Of a stretch of 64,000 bases of DNA, positions 27,762 to 37,337 are shown in pieces. The first letter of the stretch is position 1; each line of letters starts with the position of its first letter. The DNA is from Gemmatimonadaceae bacterium. Lineage in GTDB: Bacteria > Gemmatimonadota > Gemmatimonadetes > Gemmatimonadales > Gemmatimonadaceae. The DNA lies in the NCBI GenBank assembly GCA_035650335.1, contig DASRHU010000052.1, positions 17,043 through 81,042 on the forward strand, given 5' to 3'. Made by a program: the position numbers and the translations under genes. The notes beneath the pieces are model-generated. The model saw only the letters and a list, made by a program, of their open reading frames with translations. It was not told the origin of the DNA and ran no database searches.

Positions 27762-30700
27762 TTACAGTCTGAGGTCGAGGCGAAGCGTGTAGACACGAAC
27801 GGGCGGCTGCGTGTTGAACTCGTTCTGCGTGAAGTTCGCACCGCCACCGGATTCGTTGATCTCCGGATCCAGCCCGCTGTAGTCGGTCCACGTCTTGAGA
27901 TTGCGACCGGCGAGTGTGATCGCGGCATCGCTGAGCGGGCCAAGACGCGATCTCCAGGCCTCAGGTACGCCGAAGCGGACCGAGACCTCGCGCCATTTAA
28001 TGAAGTCCGCATCCTCGATGTAGCCGTACGGTGTCGCCGAGAAGAACTGCGCCCCGATGAACGCCGCCTGCTCCCGCAGCGAGGCGTTGGGATTGGACAG
28101 CGCGCCGCACTGGCTGTGGAACGCGTTACCGGCCTGCTGCCGGCACCGGAAGTACTCGGTGTAGTTCAACTGCTTGTGCCCGGCACGGCGCTCGAAGAGC
28201 GTCGAGATCGTGACGGTTCCCCACAACGTCAGGTCGGCGCCAAGCGTCTGCTGATTCGTCGGCAGCTGCGGCCCGACGAACGACGTGTTCAGCGTATCGA
28301 GACCATCACCGTCAGCGCTCGGCACAATGAGGCGCTTCGACGAATCGACGGAGACTTCGGCGCGCGTCAGCAGGCCGTTGCCATCGGCGTCGTTGTACTT
28401 GATCGGCAGCGCGAAGAACGCTCCCGTGGGGAAGCCCTCACGGTGCGCCTGCGCTCCGCGGTTGAACTGAATCGGAGCGATTCCTTCACCGAGCACCTCG
28501 ATGCGGTTCTTGAGCGTGGTCGCGGTCACACGCGCATCGAGCCGCACGCGGGGAATCTCGAAGACGGTGGCGCTGAGCCCCGTTTCCGTACCCCAGTTGC
28601 GAACCTCACCCAGGTTCTGGAACACCGACCCGGTCAACCCAGCGGATGGCGGCAGGTTGCGCGAAATGAGCGCATCCTTGGCGGTACGACTGTACGCCGT
28701 GAACTCTCCGCTGATGCGGTTGTCGAGGAGCCCGAAATCGAATCCCCCCTCGATTTCCGTGGTGCGCTCAACCTTCAGGCGCGCGTTTCCGGTTCTCGAG
28801 AGGATCAGCGCGGGCTGCTCGACGCCGCCCGTGGGAACCGCGACGGAAACGAAGAACGTCTCTGCATCGCCGAAGCCGGGGCGCTGGCCTGCCTGACCCC
28901 AGCCCGCGCGAAGGCGAAGCTGACTGAGCCAGCTCGTCGCGGGGAAGAACGGCTCGCTGGTGATGACCCACGAGGCGTTGAAGGACGGATAGTAGGTGAA
29001 CCCCGTCCCTTCAGACCCTTCCTGCAGACCGCTGTTGTTGTCGCCGCGAACGCTGGCGGCGAGGAAGATCCGGTCGAGGAACGCCAGCTCCTGACGCAGG
29101 AACGCGCCGACCGTCTTCTGGTCCGTCTGCCCCTCGCCGACGGCGAACTGGCTGGTGGTCGACGCACATGACTCCGTGCCGGCGGGAATGCCGACGCCGT
29201 AGCAATCGTTGTTCTGGAAGAGCGCCCTCTGGAAGTTTCCGCCGAGCGTCGTGTTCGAGATGAGGTTCGCGGTCGGCGAGAACGTGGCCGTTCCCGACGC
29301 GTTCGCGTTCCAGAGGTAGTTCGAGGCCCTCGTCGCCGAGCGGAAGCCCAGAATGTACGACTGCGCCAGCGGCAACTCGTTCGGATCGACCGTCTGACGG
29401 TCGAACCGGCCGAAGTAGTCGAGGCCTGCGTTGGCGTTGAGCCGCAGCCACGAGATCGGCGTGAAGTTGATGTTCGACCCGATGATGAAGCGGTCGACCG
29501 ACTGGTCCGCGGTGACCTTGCGCTGATCCGCGGTGTTGTAGCCGAAGTACGAGCCCAGGCGGCCGCCGGCCTCGCCGACCGTATCGGACTCCATCCCCGG
29601 GAGATACATCGCCGTCCCGAGCAGCGCGTTGATGAGCGGGCTGAAGATGCTGTTGTCGTTCGAAATCCGCTCGGTCTCGCTCTGAATGTAGGACACGTTG
29701 ACGGCGGCGTTCGCCCGGCTTCCGAGGCGCGCGTTGACGTTCGTACGCACACTGGTACGCGTCAGGTTGTTGGGACGAAGCACGCCGTTCTCGCGTTCGC
29801 GGTCACCGGAAATGAAGTAGGTGAGCGCCTCGCCACCGCCCGACACGTTCAGTCCGACCTTCCCACGCGCCCCGTCCTGATAGGGCGTGGTGCGCGAATC
29901 ACGGAACTGGTCGAACGAGAGCAGGACGTCCTGCGAGCACCGTGTCTGGCCGGCGACCGTTTGTCCCTCGGGGATGCCCGCGCGATAGTTGGGGCAGATC
30001 TCGTAGGGGCGGTTCGGGTCTCCGAAGATGCTGCGGATGTTCAGATACCCACCGGCGTCAATGTCGTAGTACGGGGCGCCGGGCGTGAACTCCGTCAGGG
30101 CCGCATAGTTGAGCGGGTACTCGTTGACATCCTTCATCCGGCCCGCTTCGCTGTACACGCGCCACACCGGTGCGCCGGGGCGCCCGCGCCGGGTGCTGAT
30201 CAGGATGACACCATTCGCCGCGGCGCTTCCGTAGAGCGCGGACGCCGCGGGTCCCTTCAGGATCTCGATGTCCTCGATCTCCTCGGGATTGATGTCGTTG
30301 AGACGCGAATAATCCTGTCCGCCAAGTGAATACCCACCCTTGCTGTTCGACGCGAGCACTCCGTCGATGTACAGCAGCGGCTCGTTGGACAGCGACAAGC
30401 TGTTCGCACCGCGAATGCGGACGCGCTGCGAGCCGCCGGTGGTGCCGACGGCGCTCTGCAGCGTGACACCAGCGACTCGACCTTGCAGTACGTCCGACAG
30501 TTTCGTTATCGGACCCTTGTCCAGATCGGCGACGTTGATGTTGCCGGTGTTCACCCCGGACTCGACGCGCCGCTGCTCCTGGCCGGTGACCGCGTTCACG
30601 ACGACTTCGTCGAGCGTCGTCGCGGCCACGGCGAGGGCGAAGTCGGCCGCGACGGTGGCGCCGGCGGCGACGGTGACGCGGAGGGTCTGCGGAGCGTACC

Positions 30701-30941
30701 CGACGCGTCGAGCGCGGACGTCGTACGCGCCGGCCGGGACGCCGGGGATCGAGTACTGCCCGTTCTCGTTCGTCATCGAGCCCCGCTGGGTACCAGCGAC
30801 GACAACCTGAGCGCCTGCCACTGGCTGCTGCGTGGTCCGATCGGTCACGACGCCGGAAATCGTTCCGTCGCCCTGGGCGAGCAGCCCAGCGGGAAGGACG
30901 AAGGCCGACGCGAGCATGAGGAATCTGACTATTCTTTTCAC
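27762..30941 (-). CDS. SusC/RagA-family TonB-linked outer-membrane protein
   Basis: N-terminal signal peptide (VKRIVRFLMLASAFVLPAGLLAQ), CarboxypepD_reg domain (GTISGVVTDRTTQQPVAGAQVVV...NGQYSIPGVPAGAYDVRARRVGY), plug (LDEVVVNAVTG...GVTLQS...IRIRGANS), and a long barrel. The GTG start at 30941 is preceded by GGAG. Confidence 0.9.
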   Translation of the reverse strand: MKRIVRFLMLASAFVLPAGLLAQGDGTISGVVTDRTTQQPVAGAQVVVAGTQRGSMTNENGQYSIPGVPAGAYDVRARRVGYAPQTLRVTVAAGATVAADFALAVAATTLDEVVVNAVTGQEQRRVESGVNTGNINVADLDKGPITKLSDVLQGRVAGVTLQSAVGTTGGSQRVRIRGANSLSLSNEPLLYIDGVLASNSKGGYSLGGQDYSRLNDINPEEIEDIEILKGPAASALYGSAAANGVILISTRRGRPGAPVWRVYSEAGRMKDVNEYPLNYAALTEFTPGAPYYDIDAGGYLNIRSIFGDPNRPYEICPNYRAGIPEGQTVAGQTRCSQDVLLSFDQFRDSRTTPYQDGARGKVGLNVSGGGEALTYFISGDRERENGVLRPNNLTRTSVRTNVNARLGSRANAAVNVSYIQSETERISNDNSIFSPLINALLGTAMYLPGMESDTVGEAGGRLGSYFGYNTADQRKVTADQSVDRFIIGSNINFTPISWLRLNANAGLDYFGRFDRQTVDPNELPLAQSYILGFRSATRASNYLWNANASGTATFSPTANLISNTTLGGNFQRALFQNNDCYGVGIPAGTESCASTTSQFAVGEGQTDQKTVGAFLRQELAFLDRIFLAASVRGDNNSGLQEGSEGTGFTYYPSFNASWVITSEPFFPATSWLSQLRLRAGWGQAGQRPGFGDAETFFVSVAVPTGGVEQPALILSRTGNARLKVERTTEIEGGFDFGLLDNRISGEFTAYSRTAKDALISRNLPPSAGLTGSVFQNLGEVRNWGTETGLSATVFEIPRVRLDARVTATTLKNRIEVLGEGIAPIQFNRGAQAHREGFPTGAFFALPIKYNDADGNGLLTRAEVSVDSSKRLIVPSADGDGLDTLNTSFVGPQLPTNQQTLGADLTLWGTVTISTLFERRAGHKQLNYTEYFRCRQQAGNAFHSQCGALSNPNASLREQAAFIGAQFFSATPYGYIEDADFIKWREVSVRFGVPEAWRSRLGPLSDAAITLAGRNLKTWTDYSGLDPEINESGGGANFTQNEFNTQPPVRVYTLRLDLRL

Positions 30942-31170
30942 CTGAAGTTCTCCGGTCCTTGGCAAAGGTACCGCTGAGGCATCGGCCTCAGGCGGGTTAC
31001 ATTGGCCCGTGCAGTCGATCAGGACTGCAAGGACGGACTTGCCGACGGGTTCGAGCCCTCCATGGTTGACGTGCCGGACTCTCGGATCGGATGTGATCCG
31101 TTATCCGCACGGGACTGTTTCCACAGAAATCTTTATGGGAGCGTTTCATCCCACTCCGGAACGCCTTCTG

Positions 31171-31198
31171 ATTGTGGGCGCGGTAACAGGTTTGTCAA
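31171..31198 (-). promoter_or_regulatory. Candidate sigma-70 promoter for susC (TTGACA-N16-CACAAT)
   Basis: Minus-strand TTGACA at 31198-31193 and CACAAT at 31176-31171, in an AT-richer patch about 220 nt upstream of the susC start. Confidence 0.35.
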
Positions 31199-31368
31199 GG
31201 CAAAGTGCTCATGATGCAAGGACGATAAGGCATGTTCGCACCGCGTAAATGGCGTCGGCCGCGGTCCGCATCCGCCATTCGCCGCTGCGCGCCAGCCCCC
31301 GACCGCATCCCCGACCCCGCTCCTCGAGGGTTGTGACACGAACGTTCGCCACCGATCGTTAGCCGACG

Positions 31369-32610
31369 ATGCGATTCGCGGATGTCGTGACGGTGGCACT
31401 CGCCCAGCTTCGCGCCAATGCGCTGAGGTCGTTTTTCACGACGCTCGGCATCGTCGTCTCCGTCGCCTTTCTCGTCGCCGTCGTGGCGATCATCCAGGGG
31501 ATGAATGCGTACGTCCGCGAGAACATCGCGAGCGCGATCATCGGCGCGAACGCGTTTCAGGTGCGACGCACTCCCATCCGCGTCGGCTTCTTCGATGACG
31601 AAGAGTGGAAGCGCATTCAACGCCGCCCGCGCATCACGCCCGACGATGCCGAGGGCGTCGCGGCGGCGATTCCTGGTGCTGTCGCCGTCGGCATCACCTC
31701 GGGATGGCCGACGCCCATGGCCGATGTCGAGTGGCGCAACCGCACCGTTGGTGACGCGCTCATCTTCGGCGTCACGCCGCCCTACCAGGTCGTGCAGGAC
31801 TATCGATTCGCGATGGGGCGTCCGCTCACCGAAATCGACGTCCGCGAGCGGCGCCCCGTCGCCGTGCTCGGCTGGGACATCGCGGAGCGTCTCTTCGAGG
31901 GCGCTGATCCGATCGGTCGCCCGGTCCGGATTCTGGGGCAACGCTTCGAGGTCGTTGGCGTCGTCGAACAGAAAGGGCGCGTGCTCGGTCAATCCTTCGA
32001 CGGCTTCGTGTTGCTCCCGCTCACCGCCTTCGAGAGCCTCTACGGACGACGCCAAACCACCACGATCTCGGTGAAGATGAGCGAGGCGGCCGATGTCGCC
32101 GACGGCATGCAGCGAGCCGAGGAGGCCATGCGCATCGCGCACGGGTTGCGTCCGGGCGAGGAGAATGATTTCTCGGTAGAGACGGCCGATGCGCTGGTCG
32201 CCTTCTGGAAGAGCCTCACGCGCGTGTTGTTCGCCGCCATTCCGGCGGTCGTGGGGATTGGCATTGTCGTCGGCGGCATCGTGATCATGAACATCATGCT
32301 GATGGCGGTGAACGAGCGCACGCGGGAGATCGGCATTCGCAAGTCGGTGGGCGCGCGTGCGCGCGACATCCGTCGCCAGTTTCTCGCCGAGGCCGTTGCG
32401 CTGGCGACGGTCGGCGGCGCGGTGGGCGTCGCCACCGGATGGGCGTTCGCGCAGCTCGTCGCCGTGGCATCTCCCCTTCCCGCGCGCGTGACGTGGTGGT
32501 CCGTGATCCTCGCGCTCTCCCTGGGGGCCGGGGTCGGGGTATTGTTCGGCGTGTATCCTGCCTCGCGGGCAGCCCGGCTCAACCCGATCAACGCCCTGCG
32601 CGCCGAATGA
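31369..32610 (+). CDS. ABC transporter permease, MacB/FtsX family (no adjacent ATPase)
   Basis: 413 aa: MRFADVVTVALAQLRANALRSFFTTLGIVVSVAFLVAVVAIIQG...ERTREIGIRKSVGA...INALRAE. Confidence 0.9.
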   Translation: MRFADVVTVALAQLRANALRSFFTTLGIVVSVAFLVAVVAIIQGMNAYVRENIASAIIGANAFQVRRTPIRVGFFDDEEWKRIQRRPRITPDDAEGVAAAIPGAVAVGITSGWPTPMADVEWRNRTVGDALIFGVTPPYQVVQDYRFAMGRPLTEIDVRERRPVAVLGWDIAERLFEGADPIGRPVRILGQRFEVVGVVEQKGRVLGQSFDGFVLLPLTAFESLYGRRQTTTISVKMSEAADVADGMQRAEEAMRIAHGLRPGEENDFSVETADALVAFWKSLTRVLFAAIPAVVGIGIVVGGIVIMNIMLMAVNERTREIGIRKSVGARARDIRRQFLAEAVALATVGGAVGVATGWAFAQLVAVASPLPARVTWWSVILALSLGAGVGVLFGVYPASRAARLNPINALRAE

Positions 32611-33878
32611 AACCGAGCCTGCGAGCGTTGCGCACGGTGCGCGGCGACACCCTCCAGGAGAATGTCGGTATCGCGCTCGATACGCTGCGCGCCAACAAGC
32701 TCCGCTCGAGCCTCACCGTGCTCGGAGTGGTCATCGGCGTGTCCACGGTGATGGCGATGGCCGCCATCGTCCAGGGCATCCGCGAGCAAATCGTGCACAC
32801 GATCGAGATCGCCGGCCCGACGACGTTTTACGTGATCAAGTATTTCTCCCAAACGCCGCTCAACCCGGATCAGCTGCCGAAAGAGGTTCGGGTTCGCCCC
32901 GATCTGACCGAGCGGGAGGCGGAGCGCATCGCCAGGCTCGCCGAAGTCGACTATGCGGCGATCTGGGCGCAGCTGTTCGGCCGGCTCGAGTATCGCGGCG
33001 CGCGCACGCAGACGATCACGTTCTTCGGCGCCGACGACCGCTATCAGGAGCTGCAGGGAGGCGAGCTCGTCGCGGGACGATGGTTCACGCCGGCGGAGCT
33101 CGCGAGCGGCGCGCCGGTAGTCGTGCTCGACGAGGCGATGGCCCGACGCATCTTCGGCTACGTGGACCCGTTAGGCGAGCGCGTGCAGGTGGCGGGACGC
33201 CCCGCCGAGGTCATCGGGCTCTACGTGCCACCGGAGAACATCTTCGCGCCACCAGGCCAGGAGGTCGGCGCGATCATCCCCTTTCGACTGGCGGAGCATC
33301 AGTACACCATCGACAAGACCAACGCGCTCTGGATCGTGGTGAAGCCGCGACCGGGTGTGACGGTCGCCGAGGCACAGGACGCGGTCACGGTCACCATGCG
33401 CAACGTGCGCAACCTGCGCCCCGGCGAGCCCAACACGTTCGACATGATCACCCAGGATCAGATCCTCGACACGTTCAACAAGCTGACGGGCGTGTTCTTC
33501 CTGGTCATGATCGTGCTCTCGAGCGTGGCGCTCCTCGTCGGCGGGATCGGCGTCATGGCGATCATGATGGTTTCGGTCACCGACCGCACGCGCGAGATCG
33601 GAGTCCGGAAGGCAATGGGCGCCACACGCCGGGACATTCTCGTGCAGTTCCTCATCGAGGCCGCGACGCTGACAGGGATCGGCGGCGCGATCGGGATCGT
33701 CGTCGGACTCCTTTTCGGCCAGCTCGTGACGCGCGCCATGAACATCGCGGCCGAGGTCCCGATCTGGTCGGCGGCGGTGGCCGCGACGGTGTCGATCGCC
33801 ATCGGGATCGTGTTCGGACTGCTACCGGCGAACCGAGCGGCACGGCTGGAACCGGTCGAGGCACTGCGGTACGAGTGA
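32607..33878 (+). CDS. ABC transporter permease, MacB/FtsX family (no adjacent ATPase)
   Basis: In-frame ATG overlapping the upstream stop (ATGA): MKPSLRALRTVRGDTLQENVGIALDTLRANKLRSSLTVLGVVIGV...DRTREIGVRKAMGA...VEALRYE. Confidence 0.9.
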   Translation: MKPSLRALRTVRGDTLQENVGIALDTLRANKLRSSLTVLGVVIGVSTVMAMAAIVQGIREQIVHTIEIAGPTTFYVIKYFSQTPLNPDQLPKEVRVRPDLTEREAERIARLAEVDYAAIWAQLFGRLEYRGARTQTITFFGADDRYQELQGGELVAGRWFTPAELASGAPVVVLDEAMARRIFGYVDPLGERVQVAGRPAEVIGLYVPPENIFAPPGQEVGAIIPFRLAEHQYTIDKTNALWIVVKPRPGVTVAEAQDAVTVTMRNVRNLRPGEPNTFDMITQDQILDTFNKLTGVFFLVMIVLSSVALLVGGIGVMAIMMVSVTDRTREIGVRKAMGATRRDILVQFLIEAATLTGIGGAIGIVVGLLFGQLVTRAMNIAAEVPIWSAAVAATVSIAIGIVFGLLPANRAARLEPVEALRYE

Positions 33879-33886
33879 GATGAACG

Positions 33887-33972
33887 CGGAATTCGGAAGG
33901 CGGAAATTTGTGATTGGATCGTGACGGGAACCGTTCAACGACAACCCTGCGCATTCCGCAGTCCGCATTCGC
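33887..33972. repeat. Degenerate palindromic element with CGGAAnn heptad arms (3 units each side), about 40-nt spacer
   Basis: Left arm cggaatt cggaagg cggaaat (33887-33907). Right arm tgcgcattccgcagtccgcattcgc (33948-33972) reads as CGGAATG-like units on the other strand. Arms are about 70 percent complementary. Starts 9 nt after the permease stop. Confidence 0.75.
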
Positions 33973-33991
33973 AGAGCTATCTTCTCTCTCC

Positions 33992-34708
33992 ATGTCCGTC
34001 GACATTCTCGCCATCGCCGCGCATCGGGATGACGTGGAGCTCACCTGTGGCGGAACGCTGCTGGCGGCAGCGGCGCGCGGTCGCCGCACGGCCATCCTCG
34101 ACCTGACGGCCGGCGAAGCGGGGACGCGGGGGTCGGCGGAGCTGCGCGCGCGCGAGGCCGAGCGTGCCGCCGAGGTGCTCGGCGTCAGCGCGCGCGAGAA
34201 CCTCGGCCTCCCCGACGCTGGGCTCGCGAACACACCGGAGACCCGTGCCCAGGTCGCTGTGGCGATTCGCCGGTTTCGTCCGCGCGTCGTCATCGCGCCA
34301 GCGGCACACGGCCGACACCCCGACCATCGCATCGCGGCCGAGCTCATTCGCGACGCGTCGTTCGTCGCTGGATTGGCGAAGGTGGCGCCCGAGGTGCCGG
34401 TCCACCGTCCGTTCAAGGTCGTGCACACGCTCACGTACCGGGAAGATCCCGTGAAGCCGACGTTCATCGTGGACATCAGCGACGTCTTCGAGCGGAAGCT
34501 CGAGGCGATCCGCTGCTACTCCTCACAGTTCGAGGGCGTGACGCAGGCGGGCGAAGTCTATCCGAATGGGGATCCGCTGCTCGAGATCGTGCGGCATCAC
34601 GCGGCGCACTACGGCTCACAGATTCGCACGCGGTACGGCGAGCCCTTTCTCACGCACGAGACGATGCGGGTCGACGACATTGCGACGCTCGAGGTATCCA
34701 CGTTTTGA
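33992..34708 (+). CDS. PIG-L/LmbE-family N-acetylglucosaminyl deacetylase (BshB1-like)
   Basis: MSVDILAIAAHRDDVELTCGGTLL (AH.DD motif) and GRHPDHRIAAELIRDA (HPDH motif), the typical metal ligands of the family. The start is taken at the internal ATG. Confidence 0.8.
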   Translation: MSVDILAIAAHRDDVELTCGGTLLAAAARGRRTAILDLTAGEAGTRGSAELRAREAERAAEVLGVSARENLGLPDAGLANTPETRAQVAVAIRRFRPRVVIAPAAHGRHPDHRIAAELIRDASFVAGLAKVAPEVPVHRPFKVVHTLTYREDPVKPTFIVDISDVFERKLEAIRCYSSQFEGVTQAGEVYPNGDPLLEIVRHHAAHYGSQIRTRYGEPFLTHETMRVDDIATLEVSTF

Positions 34709-35487
34709 CGAACCTCCCTCCGGCCGCCCCCGGCGGCGAGATCACCTATCCGTCGTACCTCGCGCTCGACGAGCTGCTCGCACTGCAGCGGCCGCGATCG
34801 AGCCCCGAGCACCCCGACGAGCTGTTGTTCATCGTCGTGCATCAGGCGAGCGAGCTGTGGTTCAAGGTCCTGCTGCACGAGCTGGAGGCGCTCGTCAGTC
34901 AGCTCGAGCGGGGGGACGTGCTCGCGTGTGTGTTCGCGCTCAAGCGCATCAACGCGTTGATGCGCATCGTGACGGCCCAGTTGTCCGCGCTCGACACGCT
35001 CCCTCCCCATCGCTTCGCCGAATTTCGCGGGTACCTGGGTTCGTCGAGTGGATCGCAGAGCGCACAGTTTCGCGCGCTCGAGGCGGCGTCCGGACTTCGT
35101 GAGCCGCATTTCCTCGCGGCCCTCGAGGAGCATGGCGAGCCCCCCGAGCTGGTGATGCGATGGCTGAAACGGCCCACGCTTCAGGACTTGTTCGACGCCC
35201 TGCTCGATCGCCATCGCGTGACGCTGGAGGGCGTGTATCAGGACCCGGCGCAATCGCCGCTCTTGCTGCTCGCCGAGAGTCTGCTCGAGTACGAGCAGTC
35301 GTTTTCGCTCTGGCGCTACCTGCACGTGCAGCTCGTCGAGCGCATCATCGGCCCGGCGACAGGCGGCACCGGGGGAACGCTCGGCGCCAAATACCTCCAG
35401 CGCACCGTATCCCAGCGATTCTTCCCGAAGCTCTGGAACGTGCGCGCGCGCTTCTTCGCGTCGGATTCGGAGTCCCCGCCGCGGTGA
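34705..35487 (+). CDS. kynA: Tryptophan 2,3-dioxygenase
   Basis: 260 aa: ITYPSYLALDELLALQRP...DELLFIVVHQASELWFK...FRGYLGSSSGSQSAQFR...YLQ. This is the bacterial TDO signature. TTGA overlap with the upstream gene. Confidence 0.9.
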   Translation: MTNLPPAAPGGEITYPSYLALDELLALQRPRSSPEHPDELLFIVVHQASELWFKVLLHELEALVSQLERGDVLACVFALKRINALMRIVTAQLSALDTLPPHRFAEFRGYLGSSSGSQSAQFRALEAASGLREPHFLAALEEHGEPPELVMRWLKRPTLQDLFDALLDRHRVTLEGVYQDPAQSPLLLLAESLLEYEQSFSLWRYLHVQLVERIIGPATGGTGGTLGAKYLQRTVSQRFFPKLWNVRARFFASDSESPPR

Positions 35488-36113
35488 GTGAACGGGACAT
35501 CTCGATTCCCATGGGAGCCGACACACCCGAGTGGCCGGGCGACCAGCCCTTCTCGTGTGGCTGGACAATGACGCTCGCCGGCGGCGACAGCGTGAATCTC
35601 TCCGCGATCACCACCAGCCCGCACGTCGGAACGCACGCTGACGCGCCGCTCCACGTTCGTGACGGATGGCCCGCATCTCACCACCTGCCGCTTCACGCCT
35701 TCGCCGGGCGCGCGATCGTCTGCTCGGTCGATTCCATGCTCGATACGATCGAGCGTCGGGATCTCACGACACTCCCCACGGAGGGTCCCATCGAGCGACT
35801 GCTGCTCCGCACGCAGTGCTCGATCGCCAGCGGAACCTTCCCCGAGCGGTGGCCCGTCCTGTCGGTCAATACCGTGCGTGAGCTGCTCTTGCGAGGACTC
35901 GCCCTGTTAGGCGTGGATACGCCATCGGTGGATGGGCGTCACAGCAAGACGCTCGAGGTGCACAAGGCACTCTTTGGAGGGGGCGCATTCAATCTCGAGA
36001 ACCTCGACCTGCGGACCATCGCGGACGGAGAGTACGAGCTCATCGCCTATCCGGTGCTCGTCGAGAACGTCGACGCGGCCCCCGTGCGCGCGGTGCTCAG
36101 GGACCGGCGATGA
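35484..36113 (+). CDS. kynB: Kynurenine formamidase (cyclase-family arylformamidase)
   Basis: The GTG start overlaps the kynA stop (GTGA). SPHVGTHADAPLH matches the H.GTH.D.P.H motif of cyclase-family KynB, and the C-terminal ENLDL segment also fits. Confidence 0.85.
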   Translation: MSERDISIPMGADTPEWPGDQPFSCGWTMTLAGGDSVNLSAITTSPHVGTHADAPLHVRDGWPASHHLPLHAFAGRAIVCSVDSMLDTIERRDLTTLPTEGPIERLLLRTQCSIASGTFPERWPVLSVNTVRELLLRGLALLGVDTPSVDGRHSKTLEVHKALFGGGAFNLENLDLRTIADGEYELIAYPVLVENVDAAPVRAVLRDRR

Positions 36114-36174
36114 CCGTAGACCGCGGGCCCTGATGCGTGCGGCGGGGCGCTAACCGCCTTATATTTCCTGAGTT

Positions 36175-37335
36175 ATGCCTGCGCCGATCTACCTCGACCA
36201 CGCCGCCACCACCCCGGTGCGCCGGGAGGTCTTCGAGGCGATGGAGCCGTTCTACGGCCCGCGCTTCGGGAACCCATCGAGCACGCATCGCTGGGGACGC
36301 GAGGCGCGCGCCGCGCTCGATGAGGCGCGCGAGCGGATCGCGCGGTGTCTTGGGGCCGAGACCGACGAGATCTGTTTCACCTCCGGCGGTACCGAGGCCG
36401 ACAACCTGGCGATCCTCGGACCGTGGCGCGCTCGTGATCGGCGTCGCACGGTGGTCATCACCACCGGCATCGAGCACAAGGCGGTGCTCGCGAGCGTGCA
36501 CCAGGCCGCACGCGAGGGCGCCGAGGAGCGGTTCGCCCCGGTAACGAGCCAGGGCGTCGTCGACCTCGACGCATTCGCCCCATTGTTAGGCGGCGACGTC
36601 GCGCTCTGCTCGATCATGTGGGTGAACAACGAGATCGGCACCATCCAGCCGATTCCCGAGCTGGCACGGCGCGCGAAGGCGCATGGGATCGTGTTTCACA
36701 CCGACGCCGTGCAGGCTTTCGCGAAGATCCCGATCGATGTCCGCGAGACGCGCGTCGATCTGCTCACCCTGTCCGGGCACAAGATCGGCGCCCCAAAGGG
36801 GTGTGGAGCGATCTTCATTCGCCGCGGCACCGCGATCGAGTCGCTGATGCACGGGGGATCGCAGGATCGCGGACGTCGGCCAGGTACCGAGAACGTGGCG
36901 GCGGCGGTCGGTCTCGCGCGTGCGGCCGAGCTGGCGATCGAGGAGCGCGACCGCGAGATGGCGCGCCTGGCCGCGCTTCGCGAGCGGCTCGAGGCGGCGT
37001 TGGTCGAGCGTATTCCCGATGCGATGGTGCACGGACGTGGCGCTCCACGGGCCGCGCACATCCTCAACGTCTCCGTTCCCGGCACCGATAGCGAGTCTCT
37101 GCTGATGGCGCTCGACCTTGCCGGGGTCGCCTGCTCGTCAGGCTCGGCCTGCCAGAGCGGAAACGTCAATCCATCGCACGTCCTCATGGCGATGGGCGTC
37201 CCGCGTGATCTCGCGAGCGCGGCCATCCGCATGAGCCTCGGGGCCCTGACGACCGACGAGTCCATCACGCGGGTCGCGGAGCTCTTCCCCGCCCTGATCA
37301 CCAAGGCCCGGCGGCTCGCCGGCGTCATGAGCTGA
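36175..37335 (+). CDS. Cysteine desulfurase (NifS/IscS class V aminotransferase)
   Basis: 386 aa with the PLP-lysine context [15 protein letters not shown] and the catalytic Cys loop SSGSACQSG. Confidence 0.9.
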   Translation: MPAPIYLDHAATTPVRREVFEAMEPFYGPRFGNPSSTHRWGREARAALDEARERIARCLGAETDEICFTSGGTEADNLAILGPWRARDRRRTVVITTGIEHKAVLASVHQAAREGAEERFAPVTSQGVVDLDAFAPLLGGDVALCSIMWVNNEIGTIQPIPELARRAKAHGIVFHTDAVQAFAKIPIDVRETRVDLLTLSGHKIGAPKGCGAIFIRRGTAIESLMHGGSQDRGRRPGTENVAAAVGLARAAELAIEERDREMARLAALRERLEAALVERIPDAMVHGRGAPRAAHILNVSVPGTDSESLLMALDLAGVACSSGSACQSGNVNPSHVLMAMGVPRDLASAAIRMSLGALTTDESITRVAELFPALITKARRLAGVMS

Positions 37336-37337
37336 CG

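Noticed and set aside
31040-31065. tRNA-like GGTTCGAG T-loop motifs (also at 23980-23990)
   Set aside because: The flanking bases do not form a 5-bp T-stem, and no acceptor, D or anticodon arms can be drawn. The second case is simply a unit of the nonamer repeat.
31002-31248. 70-79 aa plus-strand ORFs in the susC upstream spacer
   Set aside because: GC content is locally low without GC3 enrichment, there is no SD sequence, and the sequence is better explained as a divergent promoter and leader region.
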